A stretch of DNA of 64,000 nucleotides from a virus, in IMG/VR virus record IMGVR_UViG_3300042375_000684; one strand, given 5' to 3'. Shown here piece after piece: positions 35,160-45,717 of the stretch (positions are counted from its first letter, which is position 1; each line of letters opens with the position of its first letter). Below the pieces are notes generated by a model. The model saw only the letters and a program-made list of their open reading frames with translations, was not told the DNA's origin and made no database searches. The translations under genes and the position numbers were made by a program.

Positions 35160-35755
35160 TAATGACACCTGAAATGATTGAAGATTATAAAAGATGTATG
35201 GGTGATATTGAATACTTTGCTGAAAAACATATTAAAGTAAGACATGTAGAATTAGGTTTAGTACCTCTGAAATTAAACGAATTTCAAAGACAAGCTATTA
35301 AAGATTATAGCGAAAAGAATGTTTTTGCAAAATACGCAAATAGAATGGAAGGTAAAACTACTATTGCCGCTATTATTCTTTTACACCATGCAATCTTTAA
35401 TCAATATAGAGTAAGTCTTATTATGGGTCCAAAGATGCAATCAAGTAATGAAGTGTTGGATCTAATTTATGATATGCACCAAAATCTTCCAGAACACATC
35501 CAAGCAAAAATTGTTACACATAATAAAACAAAACTAGAATTTGATAATATGTGTGCTATTATAAGTGGAGGCAGCAATACTCATCAAGGTAGAGGTAGAA
35601 CACTATCAAATATCTATATTGATGAAAGTGAATTTATGAATACTCTTGATGAAGTTTTTACTAATTTATATCCTTGTATCTCAACAGCAAATAAAGGTAA
35701 ACTTTTTGCATTCACTTCAACTAGAACTTCAGAATATTTTAGAGATCATAAATGA
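35156..35755 (+). CDS. Stand-alone paralogue of the terminase large-subunit ATPase domain
   Basis: Aligns by eye to gp17 residues ~22-210, with RMEGKTT (Walker A), IYIDE (Walker B) and TST (coupling motif). It has no nuclease domain. Confidence 0.8.
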   Translation: MIMTPEMIEDYKRCMGDIEYFAEKHIKVRHVELGLVPLKLNEFQRQAIKDYSEKNVFAKYANRMEGKTTIAAIILLHHAIFNQYRVSLIMGPKMQSSNEVLDLIYDMHQNLPEHIQAKIVTHNKTKLEFDNMCAIISGGSNTHQGRGRTLSNIYIDESEFMNTLDEVFTNLYPCISTANKGKLFAFTSTRTSEYFRDHK

Positions 35756-37377
35756 CAGATTCTGGCGGCTACTTAGGTAATTCACTTCTTAAAAAATCTG
35801 GTACTCCAATTGAATGGACTCCAGAAATGCTCAAGGAGTATATGAAATGTGCGGAAGATCCGATCTATTTTGCTGAACGGTATATTAAAATTGTTCACGT
35901 TGATCACGGGTTTATTCCAATTAAGTTATATGATTATCAAAAAGACATTATCAATGCAATTAGTAATAATAGACGAGTTGTAGCAAATACTTCTCGTCAG
36001 GCAGGTAAAACAACTACCGCTATGGCTATTATTTTGCACTATATATTGTTTAACGAATATAAAACTGTTGCACTTCTCGCCAATAAAGCAGCATCTGCTC
36101 TTGAAATTCTTAATCGCATCCAGATGGCATTCGAAGCATTACCTGGTTGGTTACAGCAAGGTGTTATCACTTGGAATAAAGGTTCTATGGAATTAGAAAA
36201 TGGTTGTAAGGTTATTGCCGCTGCATCATCTTCAAGTTCCATTCGTGGTAAATCTATCGCATTCCTATATATCGACGAAACTGCCTTCTTAAATAATTGG
36301 GAAGAGTTTTTTGCGTCCGTTTATCCTACCATTTCATCTGGTAAAGAAACAAAAATTCTATTGACATCCACTCCGAACTCTTTGAATCACTTCTGGAAAA
36401 TCTGTAAAGAGGCACAAGAAGAAATTGATGAAAGAGGCAGGGGCAAAAACGGTTATATCTATATTGAAGTTACTTGGGATAAAGTTCCAGGCAGAGATGA
36501 AGCATGGAAAGAAGATACACTTGCTTCTATTAGTTGGAATATGGAACAGTTTCAACAAGAATTTTGTGGATCATTCATCGGAAGTTCCAGCACTCTTATC
36601 TCCGGAAGTAAACTGAAAGAACTTTCATTCTCCACACCTTTGCATGAAGGTGAGGGAATTAAACAATATGCAACAGCAGTCAAGGGACATGCATATGCCA
36701 TGGTTGTTGACGTTTCAAGAGGCAAGGGCCTTGACTATTCTACATTCTCTGTTCTTGATATTACAACAATGCCGTATCAACAGGTTTGTACATTCAGAGA
36801 TAACTACATTGGCCCCGTAGATTACGCCAGCATTATCTACAGAATAGCAAAATTGTATAATGAGTCATCCGTATTAATTGAAATAAATGATATTGGTGGT
36901 CAAGTAGCTGACGTTCTCTACTTTGATTATGGTTACGAAAATATGCTATTTACTGAAAGTGCTGGTAGATCCGGAAAACGAATTTCAGGCGGTTTTGGTA
37001 AAAATATTGATAGAGGTATTAGAACAACAAAAACTGTAAAATCAATTGGTTGTTCCATATTGAAATTACTAGTAGAACAAAATCAAATACTGCTTAATGA
37101 CTTTGAAACTATACAAGAATTGGCCAGATTTGCTCGTAGAGGTCCTTCATACGAGGCAGAATCTGGCGCACATGATGATATGGTTATGACATTGGTACTT
37201 TTTGCTTGGTTAACTGACCAAACATTCTTTAAAGACATGACAGACATAAATACACTTGCAAAACTTCGTGAAAGAACAGAAGAAGAAATAGATGATTTTC
37301 TATTACCTTTTGGTTTTTATGATAATGGAAGTGATGACATTGAGCAGCCTATTTACATGAATCCAAATAATTGGTAA
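35752..37377 (+). CDS. gp17: Terminase large subunit gp17
   Basis: SRQAGKTT, LYIDETAF, TSTPN, VDVSRGKGLDYS and HDDMVM. Confidence 0.97.
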   Translation: MTDSGGYLGNSLLKKSGTPIEWTPEMLKEYMKCAEDPIYFAERYIKIVHVDHGFIPIKLYDYQKDIINAISNNRRVVANTSRQAGKTTTAMAIILHYILFNEYKTVALLANKAASALEILNRIQMAFEALPGWLQQGVITWNKGSMELENGCKVIAAASSSSSIRGKSIAFLYIDETAFLNNWEEFFASVYPTISSGKETKILLTSTPNSLNHFWKICKEAQEEIDERGRGKNGYIYIEVTWDKVPGRDEAWKEDTLASISWNMEQFQQEFCGSFIGSSSTLISGSKLKELSFSTPLHEGEGIKQYATAVKGHAYAMVVDVSRGKGLDYSTFSVLDITTMPYQQVCTFRDNYIGPVDYASIIYRIAKLYNESSVLIEINDIGGQVADVLYFDYGYENMLFTESAGRSGKRISGGFGKNIDRGIRTTKTVKSIGCSILKLLVEQNQILLNDFETIQELARFARRGPSYEAESGAHDDMVMTLVLFAWLTDQTFFKDMTDINTLAKLRERTEEEIDDFLLPFGFYDNGSDDIEQPIYMNPNNW

Positions 37378-37391
37378 CAAAACATCAAGTT

Positions 37392-37399
37392 TATAAATA
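37392..37399 (+). promoter_or_regulatory. T4-type late promoter
   Basis: TATAAATA upstream of gp18. Confidence 0.85.
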
Positions 37400-37451
37400 G
37401 AATTGAGATTTGAATTAAGAATAATCTTATTTTATAACAAAGGAGAAAAAT

Positions 37452-39320
37452 ATGGTTTTTTCTGTAAGCCCATCCGTAACAGTCCGTGAGGTTGATGCTA
37501 CAGCAACAATTCCAGCGATCGCAACTCCTCCTGCTGCAATCGCTGGTGTTTTTAGCTGGGGACCAACTAACGAAAGAATTCTAGTAACTTCTGAAAACGA
37601 GTTAGTTTCTCGTTTTGGGAAACCTACGGATTCTAACTTTGAAACATTCTTTACTGCAGCCGACTTTTTGTCGTATTCAAATGCACTATACGTTACTCGT
37701 GTAACAAGTGATGATGCTGCAATCGCGTCCGGCACATATTTTAATGCAAAACACCCAGGTGCATTAGGTAATTCCGTTGAAGTAGCATATGTAACAAGTT
37801 CCAGTGCATATGGCAATACTGCATTATTTGATACAGACCTAATTGAAAATGTAGATAATTCTGATATTATTGCTATTGGCACAAATACATTACAAATTAT
37901 CACAACAGAAAATGTTTCTGGTATTCTTTCTAATGGTGATATTATTGTAGTAGGTAATAATGATGTTGGTTATCAAAACCTAATAGTTAATACGTATACT
38001 GTTGCATCAGTAGTAGATACAGCAAACACAGCAAACACAGCAGACGATATTACAACATATACTTATACTATAAATCTAAAAAATAGATATTCACTACCAG
38101 TAACATCTTATCTTGATCTAACATATAAGAGATATTGGGGTCTTTCATATTTATTTAGTAATGCACCAACATCAGGTAATATGCACATTGTGGTTACAGA
38201 TAGAGATGGTGATATTACTGGTGTGGCAGATACTATTCTTGAAGTGTATGAAAACGTGTCAAAGACACCATCTGCAAAACTTCAGGATGGGACAACAAAT
38301 TATTATGCAACAGTAATTGAAAACAAATCTGCTTGGATTATTGCTGATAGTACCGATAAATTAGATGGATCTGGAAATCTTTCTGGATATGAAAATCTGG
38401 CTGGAGGTCTCAATGGATCTAATGAGGCATCAATACCGTTTGGTAAAGTTGCACTTGGTTATGATCTTTATAAAGACTCTGCAGATGTTGATATTGCTTT
38501 TGTTCTTCAAGGTAAAGCAGTAAATGCAAATATTTCAAACTATATTGTTCAAAATATTGCCGAAAGAAGAAAAGATTGTGTTGCATTCATTTCACCTACT
38601 GCTGCAGCTGCCGTAGCACCATCTAATCCGATAGATAAGATGAATGCAGTTATTGCATTCAGATCACTTGTTCAAAATTCATCTTACTTCTTCATGGACT
38701 CCGGCTATAAATACCGTTATGATAAGTATAATGACGTATATCGTTGGGTACCATTAAATGGAGATATGGCAGGTCTTTGCTCTCGTATCACTCCATGGGA
38801 ATCACCAGCTGGTTATAAGCGTGGTATCATCAAGAATGTTGTAAAACTTGCTTTTAATCCAAATAAAGAACAACGTGATCAACTATACGGAAATGATATC
38901 AATCCAGTTGTTTCTCAAGTAGGTCAAGGTATCCTTCTATTCGGTGATAAGACTGGTCTTGGAACTGCTACAGGTAGTGCATTCACTCGTATTAACGTGC
39001 GCCGTCTATTCATTACAGTCGAAAAGGCAATTGCAACAACTGCTGCTTCATTCCTATTCGACTTCAATGATGAGTTCACTCAGACACAGTTTAGAAACTC
39101 AGTAGAACCATTCCTAAGAGATATCCAGGGAAGAAGAGGTATCATAGACTTTAGAGTAATTTCCGATTCTACTGTAAATACTCCTGATGTTATTGATAGA
39201 AATACATTTAGAGGAAATATTTTCATCAAACCTAGTAGAACCATTAACTTTATCGAACTTACATTTGTCGCTACTAGAACAGGTGTTGAATTTGATGAAA
39301 TTATCGGCCAGGCTCTTTAA
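37452..39320 (+). CDS. gp18: Tail sheath protein gp18
   Basis: SPSVTVREVD, WGP, YKYRYDKYND..RWVPLNGD.AGL, PWESPAG and RINVRRLF. Confidence 0.97.
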   Translation: MVFSVSPSVTVREVDATATIPAIATPPAAIAGVFSWGPTNERILVTSENELVSRFGKPTDSNFETFFTAADFLSYSNALYVTRVTSDDAAIASGTYFNAKHPGALGNSVEVAYVTSSSAYGNTALFDTDLIENVDNSDIIAIGTNTLQIITTENVSGILSNGDIIVVGNNDVGYQNLIVNTYTVASVVDTANTANTADDITTYTYTINLKNRYSLPVTSYLDLTYKRYWGLSYLFSNAPTSGNMHIVVTDRDGDITGVADTILEVYENVSKTPSAKLQDGTTNYYATVIENKSAWIIADSTDKLDGSGNLSGYENLAGGLNGSNEASIPFGKVALGYDLYKDSADVDIAFVLQGKAVNANISNYIVQNIAERRKDCVAFISPTAAAAVAPSNPIDKMNAVIAFRSLVQNSSYFFMDSGYKYRYDKYNDVYRWVPLNGDMAGLCSRITPWESPAGYKRGIIKNVVKLAFNPNKEQRDQLYGNDINPVVSQVGQGILLFGDKTGLGTATGSAFTRINVRRLFITVEKAIATTAASFLFDFNDEFTQTQFRNSVEPFLRDIQGRRGIIDFRVISDSTVNTPDVIDRNTFRGNIFIKPSRTINFIELTFVATRTGVEFDEIIGQAL

Positions 39321-39350
39321 TAAATAAAGACATAACAAGGAGTTTCAAAA

Positions 39351-39887
39351 ATGGCATTTTCAATAAATGAATTCAAATCACAATTAGTAGGAGGGGGTGC
39401 TCGCAGCACCCTCTTCCAAGTACAAATAACAAATCCAATTCTTGGTATTGCAGACTTTAAAATACCTTTCATGGTAAAAACAGCAGCTATTCCAGAATCT
39501 TCAACTGGTATTATACCAGTTCCATATTTTGGAAGAATAATTAAATATGGCGGTGATAGAACATTCGGACCATGGCCTGTTACTATTATCAATGATGAAG
39601 ACTTTGCTGTTCGCAATGCAATGGAAGCTTGGTCAAATGCTATCAACTCGCATATTACTAACTTCAGAGCAGCACCATTTGACTATAAGGCACAAGCTCA
39701 AGTCACTCAGTATGGTAAAGATGGGAGTGTATTAAGAGAATATACATTTGAAGGTTTGTTCCCAACTTCAATTTCAACTATTGATCTTTCATGGCAAGCA
39801 CAAGACCAAATTGAAGAATTTAGTGTAACATTTGAATATGATCTTTGGAGAGTATCCGGCGGAGTTACTGGTAATTCTACCACGTAA
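39351..39887 (+). CDS. gp19: Tail tube protein gp19
   Basis: GGARSTLFQV, VPYFGR.IK.GGDRTF..W.VT..NDEDF and IEEFSVTFEYD. Confidence 0.95.
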   Translation: MAFSINEFKSQLVGGGARSTLFQVQITNPILGIADFKIPFMVKTAAIPESSTGIIPVPYFGRIIKYGGDRTFGPWPVTIINDEDFAVRNAMEAWSNAINSHITNFRAAPFDYKAQAQVTQYGKDGSVLREYTFEGLFPTSISTIDLSWQAQDQIEEFSVTFEYDLWRVSGGVTGNSTT

Positions 39888-39907
39888 TTTATTAGAAGGA
39901 ATATAAT

Positions 39908-41539
39908 ATGAGATTATTTGGATTCGAGATCAAGCGACCAGATGATGATGTAAAAAATCAGCCAGTATCTTTTGCTGAGCCTTTAAATGATGATGGAGCT
40001 TTAACCGTAGGAGGTGCCGTTGGTGGCTCCTACGGTATGCTTTTGGATTTGGAAGGAACTGCAAAATCTGAAGCTGAACTTGTGACTCGCTATAGAGCTT
40101 TGACTATAAATCCAGAAATACAGCAAGCTATTGATGAAATTGTAAATGAATCTATCAGTGTTGATTCTCATGATAAGGTTGTCAACATAATTCTTGATGA
40201 AACAAATCTTCCGGATAAAGTCAAAGAAAAAATAAGTGAAGAATTTCAGAATATTTTACAACTTCTAGATTTTTCTAATAGTGCATATGAGATATTCACT
40301 AAATTCTATGTAGATGGCAGATTAAATTATCACGTTATTATAGATGAGAAAAATTTAAAAGAAGGTATCAAAGAACTTAGATATCTTGATCCAAGAAAAA
40401 TTAGACTCATTCGTGAAATGCAAAATGAACAAATAAAAGATCAAGCTAGCAATGCATTGGTAAAGAAGATCAAAAAGGAGTACTATATGTATTCTGAAAG
40501 TGGATTTGGTGCTAGTAAAGTATCAAATTATTCTTCATCAATACAAGGGCTAAAGATTGCTAAAGACGCAATTGTTAGAGTTACATCCGGTCTGCTAAAC
40601 GAGAATAATTCAGTAGTTCTTTCACACTTGCATAAGTCTATCAAGTCTCTCAACCAATTGAGAATATTGGAAGATGCTACTATTATCTATACAATGACAA
40701 GAGCACCAGAACGCAGAATTTTTTATGTTGACGTTGGTAACTTGCCAAAAGCAAAAGCTGAACAGTATCTACATGATATGATGGCTCGTCACAAGAATAG
40801 AGTGACGTATGATCCATCATCTGGTGAAATTAAAGATGATAGAAAAATGATGACTATGACCGAGGATTATTGGTTTCCAAGAAGAGAAGGCAATAATGCG
40901 ACCGAAGTGACTACACTAAATGGTGGATCTGGTTTAGGTGAAGATAAAAACCTTCCGTATTTTCAATCTAAACTATATAAATCGCTAAATGTCCCAGTTG
41001 CAAGGCTTCAACCGGAAACTATGTATTCATTCGGTCGAATGTCAGAAGTGACTCGCGAAGAATTAAAATTTGCTAAATTTATTAAAAGACTTCGCACAAG
41101 ATTTTCAATTCTATTTGATAGATGCCTTGAACGACAATTGGTTTTAAAGGGTGTTATTTCACCTGACGAATGGAAAGAAATTCAAAATAAAATCCGTTAT
41201 GACTTCATGAAGGATAACTATTTTGAAGAGTTGAAAGAAGCTGAAATACTTCGCGAAAAGCTTGAAACACTTCGCCAGATTGAGGAACAAATTGGTAAAT
41301 ACTTCTCTCGTGAATGGGTTGTCAAGAATGTTCTTTACATGCCAGAAGATGAATGGAAAGACATGAAGAAGCAAATTGATAAAGAAGCAAAAGAAGAGCC
41401 TCCTATTGACGATATGCCTCAAGATAGTCAAGGTGCAGCTCCACCACAGCCGCCACAAGATGATCAACCTACAGAAGAAGGTTTGACCGTTATAAATAGA
41501 AAAAATCTTACTAATTTTTCAAAAAGGGCTCAAAAATGA
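39908..41539 (+). CDS. gp20: Portal protein gp20
   Basis: LRILEDATIIY.MTRAPERRIFYVDVGNLPK.KAEQY and EDYWFPRREG. Confidence 0.97.
   Translation: MRLFGFEIKRPDDDVKNQPVSFAEPLNDDGALTVGGAVGGSYGMLLDLEGTAKSEAELVTRYRALTINPEIQQAIDEIVNESISVDSHDKVVNIILDETNLPDKVKEKISEEFQNILQLLDFSNSAYEIFTKFYVDGRLNYHVIIDEKNLKEGIKELRYLDPRKIRLIREMQNEQIKDQASNALVKKIKKEYYMYSESGFGASKVSNYSSSIQGLKIAKDAIVRVTSGLLNENNSVVLSHLHKSIKSLNQLRILEDATIIYTMTRAPERRIFYVDVGNLPKAKAEQYLHDMMARHKNRVTYDPSSGEIKDDRKMMTMTEDYWFPRREGNNATEVTTLNGGSGLGEDKNLPYFQSKLYKSLNVPVARLQPETMYSFGRMSEVTREELKFAKFIKRLRTRFSILFDRCLERQLVLKGVISPDEWKEIQNKIRYDFMKDNYFEELKEAEILREKLETLRQIEEQIGKYFSREWVVKNVLYMPEDEWKDMKKQIDKEAKEEPPIDDMPQDSQGAAPPQPPQDDQPTEEGLTVINRKNLTNFSKRAQK
41491..41498 (+). 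promoter_or_regulatory. T4-type late promoter inside the portal 3' end
   Basis: TATAAATA 38 nt upstream of the 41536 ATG. Confidence 0.6.
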
Positions 41540-43665
41540 AAACTTTCAGTAGAATCTTATCAGAGGTTGCTCAACCAAACTCAGAAGATGAACTAAACTT
41601 TAAACAAAAACACATAATAGATCCTATTGACCACACTGTTGCACCAGAGAGCACATTTTCTGGTGCAGTAGATAAAGATGATATTGATGGTATGAAAAGA
41701 TACCGCAAGAATAAGCGCCTTGCTGATTATCAAAGACCAGATGATGAAGATGTTTATGAAGCTGTTACTCTCAAAAGAGATCTTTCAGGTCAAGAAGATT
41801 CTGATGTAGATAATGATGATGATAGTGATATGACAGATGCTCAATACAAATATCGTAAACACGCGCAAATTAAAATGCACAAAATTGATGAAACTGTATA
41901 TGTCATTCCAGAAGAAATTCTTGCAACTGAAAAGAATGCTTTCCATACCGCGGCCGCTAATGCTCATGCTACAGGTAAAAAACACTTTGCATTTGCCGGA
42001 AAGAAATACCCAGTCACAATGTCAAAAGATGCTGCTAAGACATTTGCTGGCAAGGGTGATATGTCCGAAGCAATGGATCCAGTTGGCAAAGAAGATGATG
42101 ACATCAATAATGATGATAAAGTAAATAAGAGTGACAAGTATCTTCATGCTCGCCGCAAAGCAATTTCCGCATCTATTCGTACCAAAATCAAAGAAGGTTT
42201 TGGTGCTGTAGCTGCTGCTGGCGGTGACTATGATGAAGAACCATCACACCAACGCTACAAGAAGTCAAATTCCACAAAGAAAGAAGATGCGGCGCTTGGC
42301 GGCGGCAAAGGTTCTAAGATCTATGCTGGTAAAACCAGAGAGTCACAGATTGATGAAGTACAAATCAAAAAACCAACCAAATCCGAACGTGAAATTGCTT
42401 ATGCAGATGGTTCATCAAATTCTTCTGCAAACATGAAAGTTAATAGATTGGCCTATGCTTTGGATAAAGAACCAAAGAAAAAAGTAAGTCTCCCAAAAAC
42501 TCCTTGGAATGAGGAACTTGAAGAAGCGATGTCTTTAGATAAAGTCAATAAGGTTCATGCTGAAAGCGGTGCCGAAGGTTTTGCTAAAGACTATGTCAAA
42601 GGTAACAAAGGTGATTACATTTCTGGTGGTCCTACTGAAAAGCATGAAAAAGATTCAGAAAAGTTCCATACAACATATAAGCGTGTAGGTGGAAAATCAG
42701 GTTTCGGTGGTTCAGGACATGACATTTATCAACACAATACAACTGGTGAGAAGTTCCGTATTGACCGCACTCCAAATGGTAAAGGTTTCCATGGTACCGA
42801 TCATGCAGTTTCAAAAATCAATGAAGAAGTTGAACTTGATGAAGTATCAAAGAAGACTCTTGGTTCATATATTAAGAAAGCATCTCACGATGTTGCTACT
42901 AACTCTGCAGCAACCGCCCGTTATTCTGAAAGAGCTAATAAGGCGCTTGATAAAATGAAAACAGGTGATTATTCTGGTGATGGACAAAGAAGAAAAGATA
43001 CTGCAGTTGCTGATAAAGCTTTTAACAAATCATGGAAGCGCCGTCAAGGTATTGCTATGGCAGCTGATAAACTTACAAAAGAAGAAGTAGAACTTGATGA
43101 ACTCAAGAAATCAACTCTTGCTTCTTATGTGACTAAGGCAGCATATGATACAGCCGCACATGCTGCTAGATTTGGTGCAGACCAAAAAACTAAAAAAGGT
43201 GGCTCTTCGTTTGTAAAAGCGCATCAAAGACTTTCTGGCATTAAAAAAGCAAGTGATAAACTCGCTAAGGAAGAAGTTGAGCTAGATGAAGTTTCAAAGG
43301 CTTTGCTTGGAAGATACATCAAAAAAGCAAAAACTGATGTTGCTGGTAAGGCATATCAACTAGGCGCTAAAGATCCACTTAAGCCACAAGCAAGCTGGTC
43401 AAAGACTTTGGGCAGAGAAAAGCGTATTGATAAAGCAGTCGACAGACTTACTAAAGAAGAAGTTGAGCTTGATGAAGCATTCAACGCAGGTTTGCTCAAA
43501 CTGAATGATGGTTCATCTATTTCAGTAAATTCGCAGGATGCAAAACTTCTTAATCAACTCATCAATGGTCTCCGCCAAGAAAATGCAAAGAAAATGATGA
43601 AAGTTGCAATGACTGATAAAGACGGCTTTAAAGAAATTTTAGGTTTTGCAAGAGAGGCACTCTAA
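41536..43665 (+). CDS. Putative internal head / prohead-core polyprotein with repeated EEVELDE modules
   Basis: Lies between portal and protease. Highly charged, with four EEVELDE motifs, three of them followed by xSKxxLxxYxxKA. Confidence 0.6.
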   Translation: MKTFSRILSEVAQPNSEDELNFKQKHIIDPIDHTVAPESTFSGAVDKDDIDGMKRYRKNKRLADYQRPDDEDVYEAVTLKRDLSGQEDSDVDNDDDSDMTDAQYKYRKHAQIKMHKIDETVYVIPEEILATEKNAFHTAAANAHATGKKHFAFAGKKYPVTMSKDAAKTFAGKGDMSEAMDPVGKEDDDINNDDKVNKSDKYLHARRKAISASIRTKIKEGFGAVAAAGGDYDEEPSHQRYKKSNSTKKEDAALGGGKGSKIYAGKTRESQIDEVQIKKPTKSEREIAYADGSSNSSANMKVNRLAYALDKEPKKKVSLPKTPWNEELEEAMSLDKVNKVHAESGAEGFAKDYVKGNKGDYISGGPTEKHEKDSEKFHTTYKRVGGKSGFGGSGHDIYQHNTTGEKFRIDRTPNGKGFHGTDHAVSKINEEVELDEVSKKTLGSYIKKASHDVATNSAATARYSERANKALDKMKTGDYSGDGQRRKDTAVADKAFNKSWKRRQGIAMAADKLTKEEVELDELKKSTLASYVTKAAYDTAAHAARFGADQKTKKGGSSFVKAHQRLSGIKKASDKLAKEEVELDEVSKALLGRYIKKAKTDVAGKAYQLGAKDPLKPQASWSKTLGREKRIDKAVDRLTKEEVELDEAFNAGLLKLNDGSSISVNSQDAKLLNQLINGLRQENAKKMMKVAMTDKDGFKEILGFAREAL

Positions 43666-43666
43666 T

Positions 43667-43924
43667 ATGGTAGATATAGTTCTTAAACTAACGGGAGAAG
43701 AAGTTTCAGTTTCATCGACACCAGATACAGTTAACGATGCAGTTCTTTTCAGAGTATATACTCCAACTGGTGGAGATTCATTTGTAATAGTAAGAGACTC
43801 TGCTAATAATGTAATAGGGTCAATGTCTCAACCTGCCGGTTTTGTAGAAATAATGGAAAAGCGAGCGACCGATACAGTTGAAGCAAATACTGCTATTAAA
43901 TGTACCCCGGTTGCTTACAAATGA
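43667..43924 (+). CDS. Small head-module hypothetical protein
   Basis: 85-aa ORF between the core protein and gp21. Confidence 0.6.
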   Translation: MVDIVLKLTGEEVSVSSTPDTVNDAVLFRVYTPTGGDSFVIVRDSANNVIGSMSQPAGFVEIMEKRATDTVEANTAIKCTPVAYK

Positions 43925-43940
43925 TTCAGGTTCATAATCT

Positions 43941-43948
43941 TATAAATA
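43941..43948 (+). promoter_or_regulatory. T4-type late promoter
   Basis: TATAAATA. Confidence 0.85.
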
Positions 43949-43970
43949 AAAATAAAAAAGGAAACAAGTT

Positions 43971-44645
43971 ATGAAACTAATAACAGAAGTATATGATGAC
44001 GATTGCATGGTGATTACTGAAGCTTCAGAAGATGGCAAAAAAGGCTATTTTATAGAAGGTATCTTCATGCAGGGAGATATTCAAAATCGTAATGGTAGAA
44101 TTTATCCTTCTACAATACTTGAAAATGAAATGAATCGCTATAATGATCAATATATCAAAACAAAGAGAGCATTAGGTGAACTTGGTCATCCAAATGGTCC
44201 ACAAATTAATGGTGATAGAGTTTCTCACCTAATCACTGAAATGAAAAGAGATGGGTCAAATTTCATTGGTAAGGCAAAGATCCTTTCAACACCAATGGGT
44301 CAAATTGTAAAGACTTTCATTGATGAGGGTGTTAAAGTTGGAGTATCTACTAGAGGTCTTGGTTCTGTAAAGGCAACAAAGCAAGGCATAATGGAAGTAC
44401 AAGATGATTTTCACCTTGCAACTGTTGATATTGTTACAGACCCTTCAGGTCCTAATTGCTTTGTAAAAGGTATCATGGAAAATACTGAATATTACTATGA
44501 TATAGCATCAGGTAATTGGAGAGTAATGGAACAATTAGAAGAAACAGTTAAGGAACTTAAGAAAGAAGTTGCCACTCGTAATCCCATTAGTGAATCAAAA
44601 GCTCTTAGAATATTTGAAAACTTTATAGGTTCTTTAAAAGGATAA
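43971..44645 (+). CDS. gp21: Prohead protease gp21
   Basis: IEGIFMQ....NRNGRIYP, ALGELGHP, VGVSTRGLGS and VDIVTDPS. Confidence 0.97.
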   Translation: MKLITEVYDDDCMVITEASEDGKKGYFIEGIFMQGDIQNRNGRIYPSTILENEMNRYNDQYIKTKRALGELGHPNGPQINGDRVSHLITEMKRDGSNFIGKAKILSTPMGQIVKTFIDEGVKVGVSTRGLGSVKATKQGIMEVQDDFHLATVDIVTDPSGPNCFVKGIMENTEYYYDIASGNWRVMEQLEETVKELKKEVATRNPISESKALRIFENFIGSLKG

Positions 44646-44660
44646 ATAAATTTACTTTTT

Positions 44661-44668
44661 TATAAATA
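44661..44668 (+). promoter_or_regulatory. T4-type late promoter
   Basis: TATAAATA. Confidence 0.85.
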
Positions 44669-44708
44669 AACTATGAGATTAAATTAAATCCATAAGAAGG
44701 AGAACAAA

Positions 44709-45662
44709 ATGTCAGAACACAATTTACAAGAGTTTAAGGCGGATCACAGCGGTGGTGATGTTGTCAAAGGTGCAGAAGTTCCTGATCCAGTAACACCAGC
44801 GGGTGGTGCTATCAAACCTAAGTTGGCAGATGTTAAAAAGAAAGTTGATCCAACTGCTGATAAACTTGGTGCTGCTTCAGGCGTTACACCTGAAGTGAAA
44901 GAAGACGTAGATGCTTCAGAATCATTTGATTCATTATTTGAAGGTCTTGATCTTTCTGAAGACTTTAAAGGTAAACTTTCACTAGTATTTGAAGCTGCTG
45001 TCAATGAAGCTTCCACTGCAAAAGCCAATGAAATTGCTGCTTCACTAGAAGAAGAATTTGCTGTACAGTTAGAAGAATCTGTTAACGAAGCAATGGAAGA
45101 GATTGTTGAAAATCTTGACAATTATCTTGACTATATTGTTTCTGAATGGATGGAAGAAAATACCGTTGCAATCGAATCTGGTATTAAGGTCCAAATGGCA
45201 GAATCATTCATGGATGGCCTTAAAGAACTATTTTACGAGCACAATGTAGAAATTGATGAATCAACAATTGATATTGTTGCTGATTTAGAAGAAGAAATTG
45301 CTTCACTTAAAGAAGAAGTTAATAAAACAATCAATGCAAACATCGAACTTTCTGAAGCAGTTGAAATGCTACAGGCAGAAAAAATCTTCGAAGAACTTTC
45401 TGAAGGTCTAACAACTTCACAAAAAGAACGCTTCCGTATTCTTTCTGAAAAGTTAGATGTAGATAATCTTGATTCTTATTCATCAGATCTTTCTACTCTT
45501 AAAGAGTCATTCTTTAAATCAAAGTCACCAGTAATCACTGAGTCTGCTGTTGATGATGAAGAAAATGAAATTATGCTTGAAGAAACCGCCCCAAAGAAAG
45601 TTTCTGCATATGACTCTGTAAATGCAATTGTTAATGCTCTAAATTCAAAACAGTTTAAGTGA
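44709..45662 (+). CDS. gp22: Prohead scaffold protein gp22
   Basis: Acidic; LSEDFK.K...VFEAAV, LDNYLDYIVSEWMEEN..AIESGIK; synteny. Confidence 0.93.
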   Translation: MSEHNLQEFKADHSGGDVVKGAEVPDPVTPAGGAIKPKLADVKKKVDPTADKLGAASGVTPEVKEDVDASESFDSLFEGLDLSEDFKGKLSLVFEAAVNEASTAKANEIAASLEEEFAVQLEESVNEAMEEIVENLDNYLDYIVSEWMEENTVAIESGIKVQMAESFMDGLKELFYEHNVEIDESTIDIVADLEEEIASLKEEVNKTINANIELSEAVEMLQAEKIFEELSEGLTTSQKERFRILSEKLDVDNLDSYSSDLSTLKESFFKSKSPVITESAVDDEENEIMLEETAPKKVSAYDSVNAIVNALNSKQFK

Positions 45663-45674
45663 AAATAATAAAAT

Positions 45675-45682
45675 TATAAATA
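45675..45682 (+). promoter_or_regulatory. T4-type late promoter
   Basis: TATAAATA upstream of gp23. Confidence 0.85.
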
Positions 45683-45717
45683 AATCTATAAGATAACAAC
45701 AATAAGGAGAGACAAAA

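Noticed and set aside
35156-37377. Split or intron-interrupted terminase gene
   Set aside because: 35752-37377 already has a complete ATPase and nuclease. The upstream ORF duplicates the ATPase rather than supplying a missing part.
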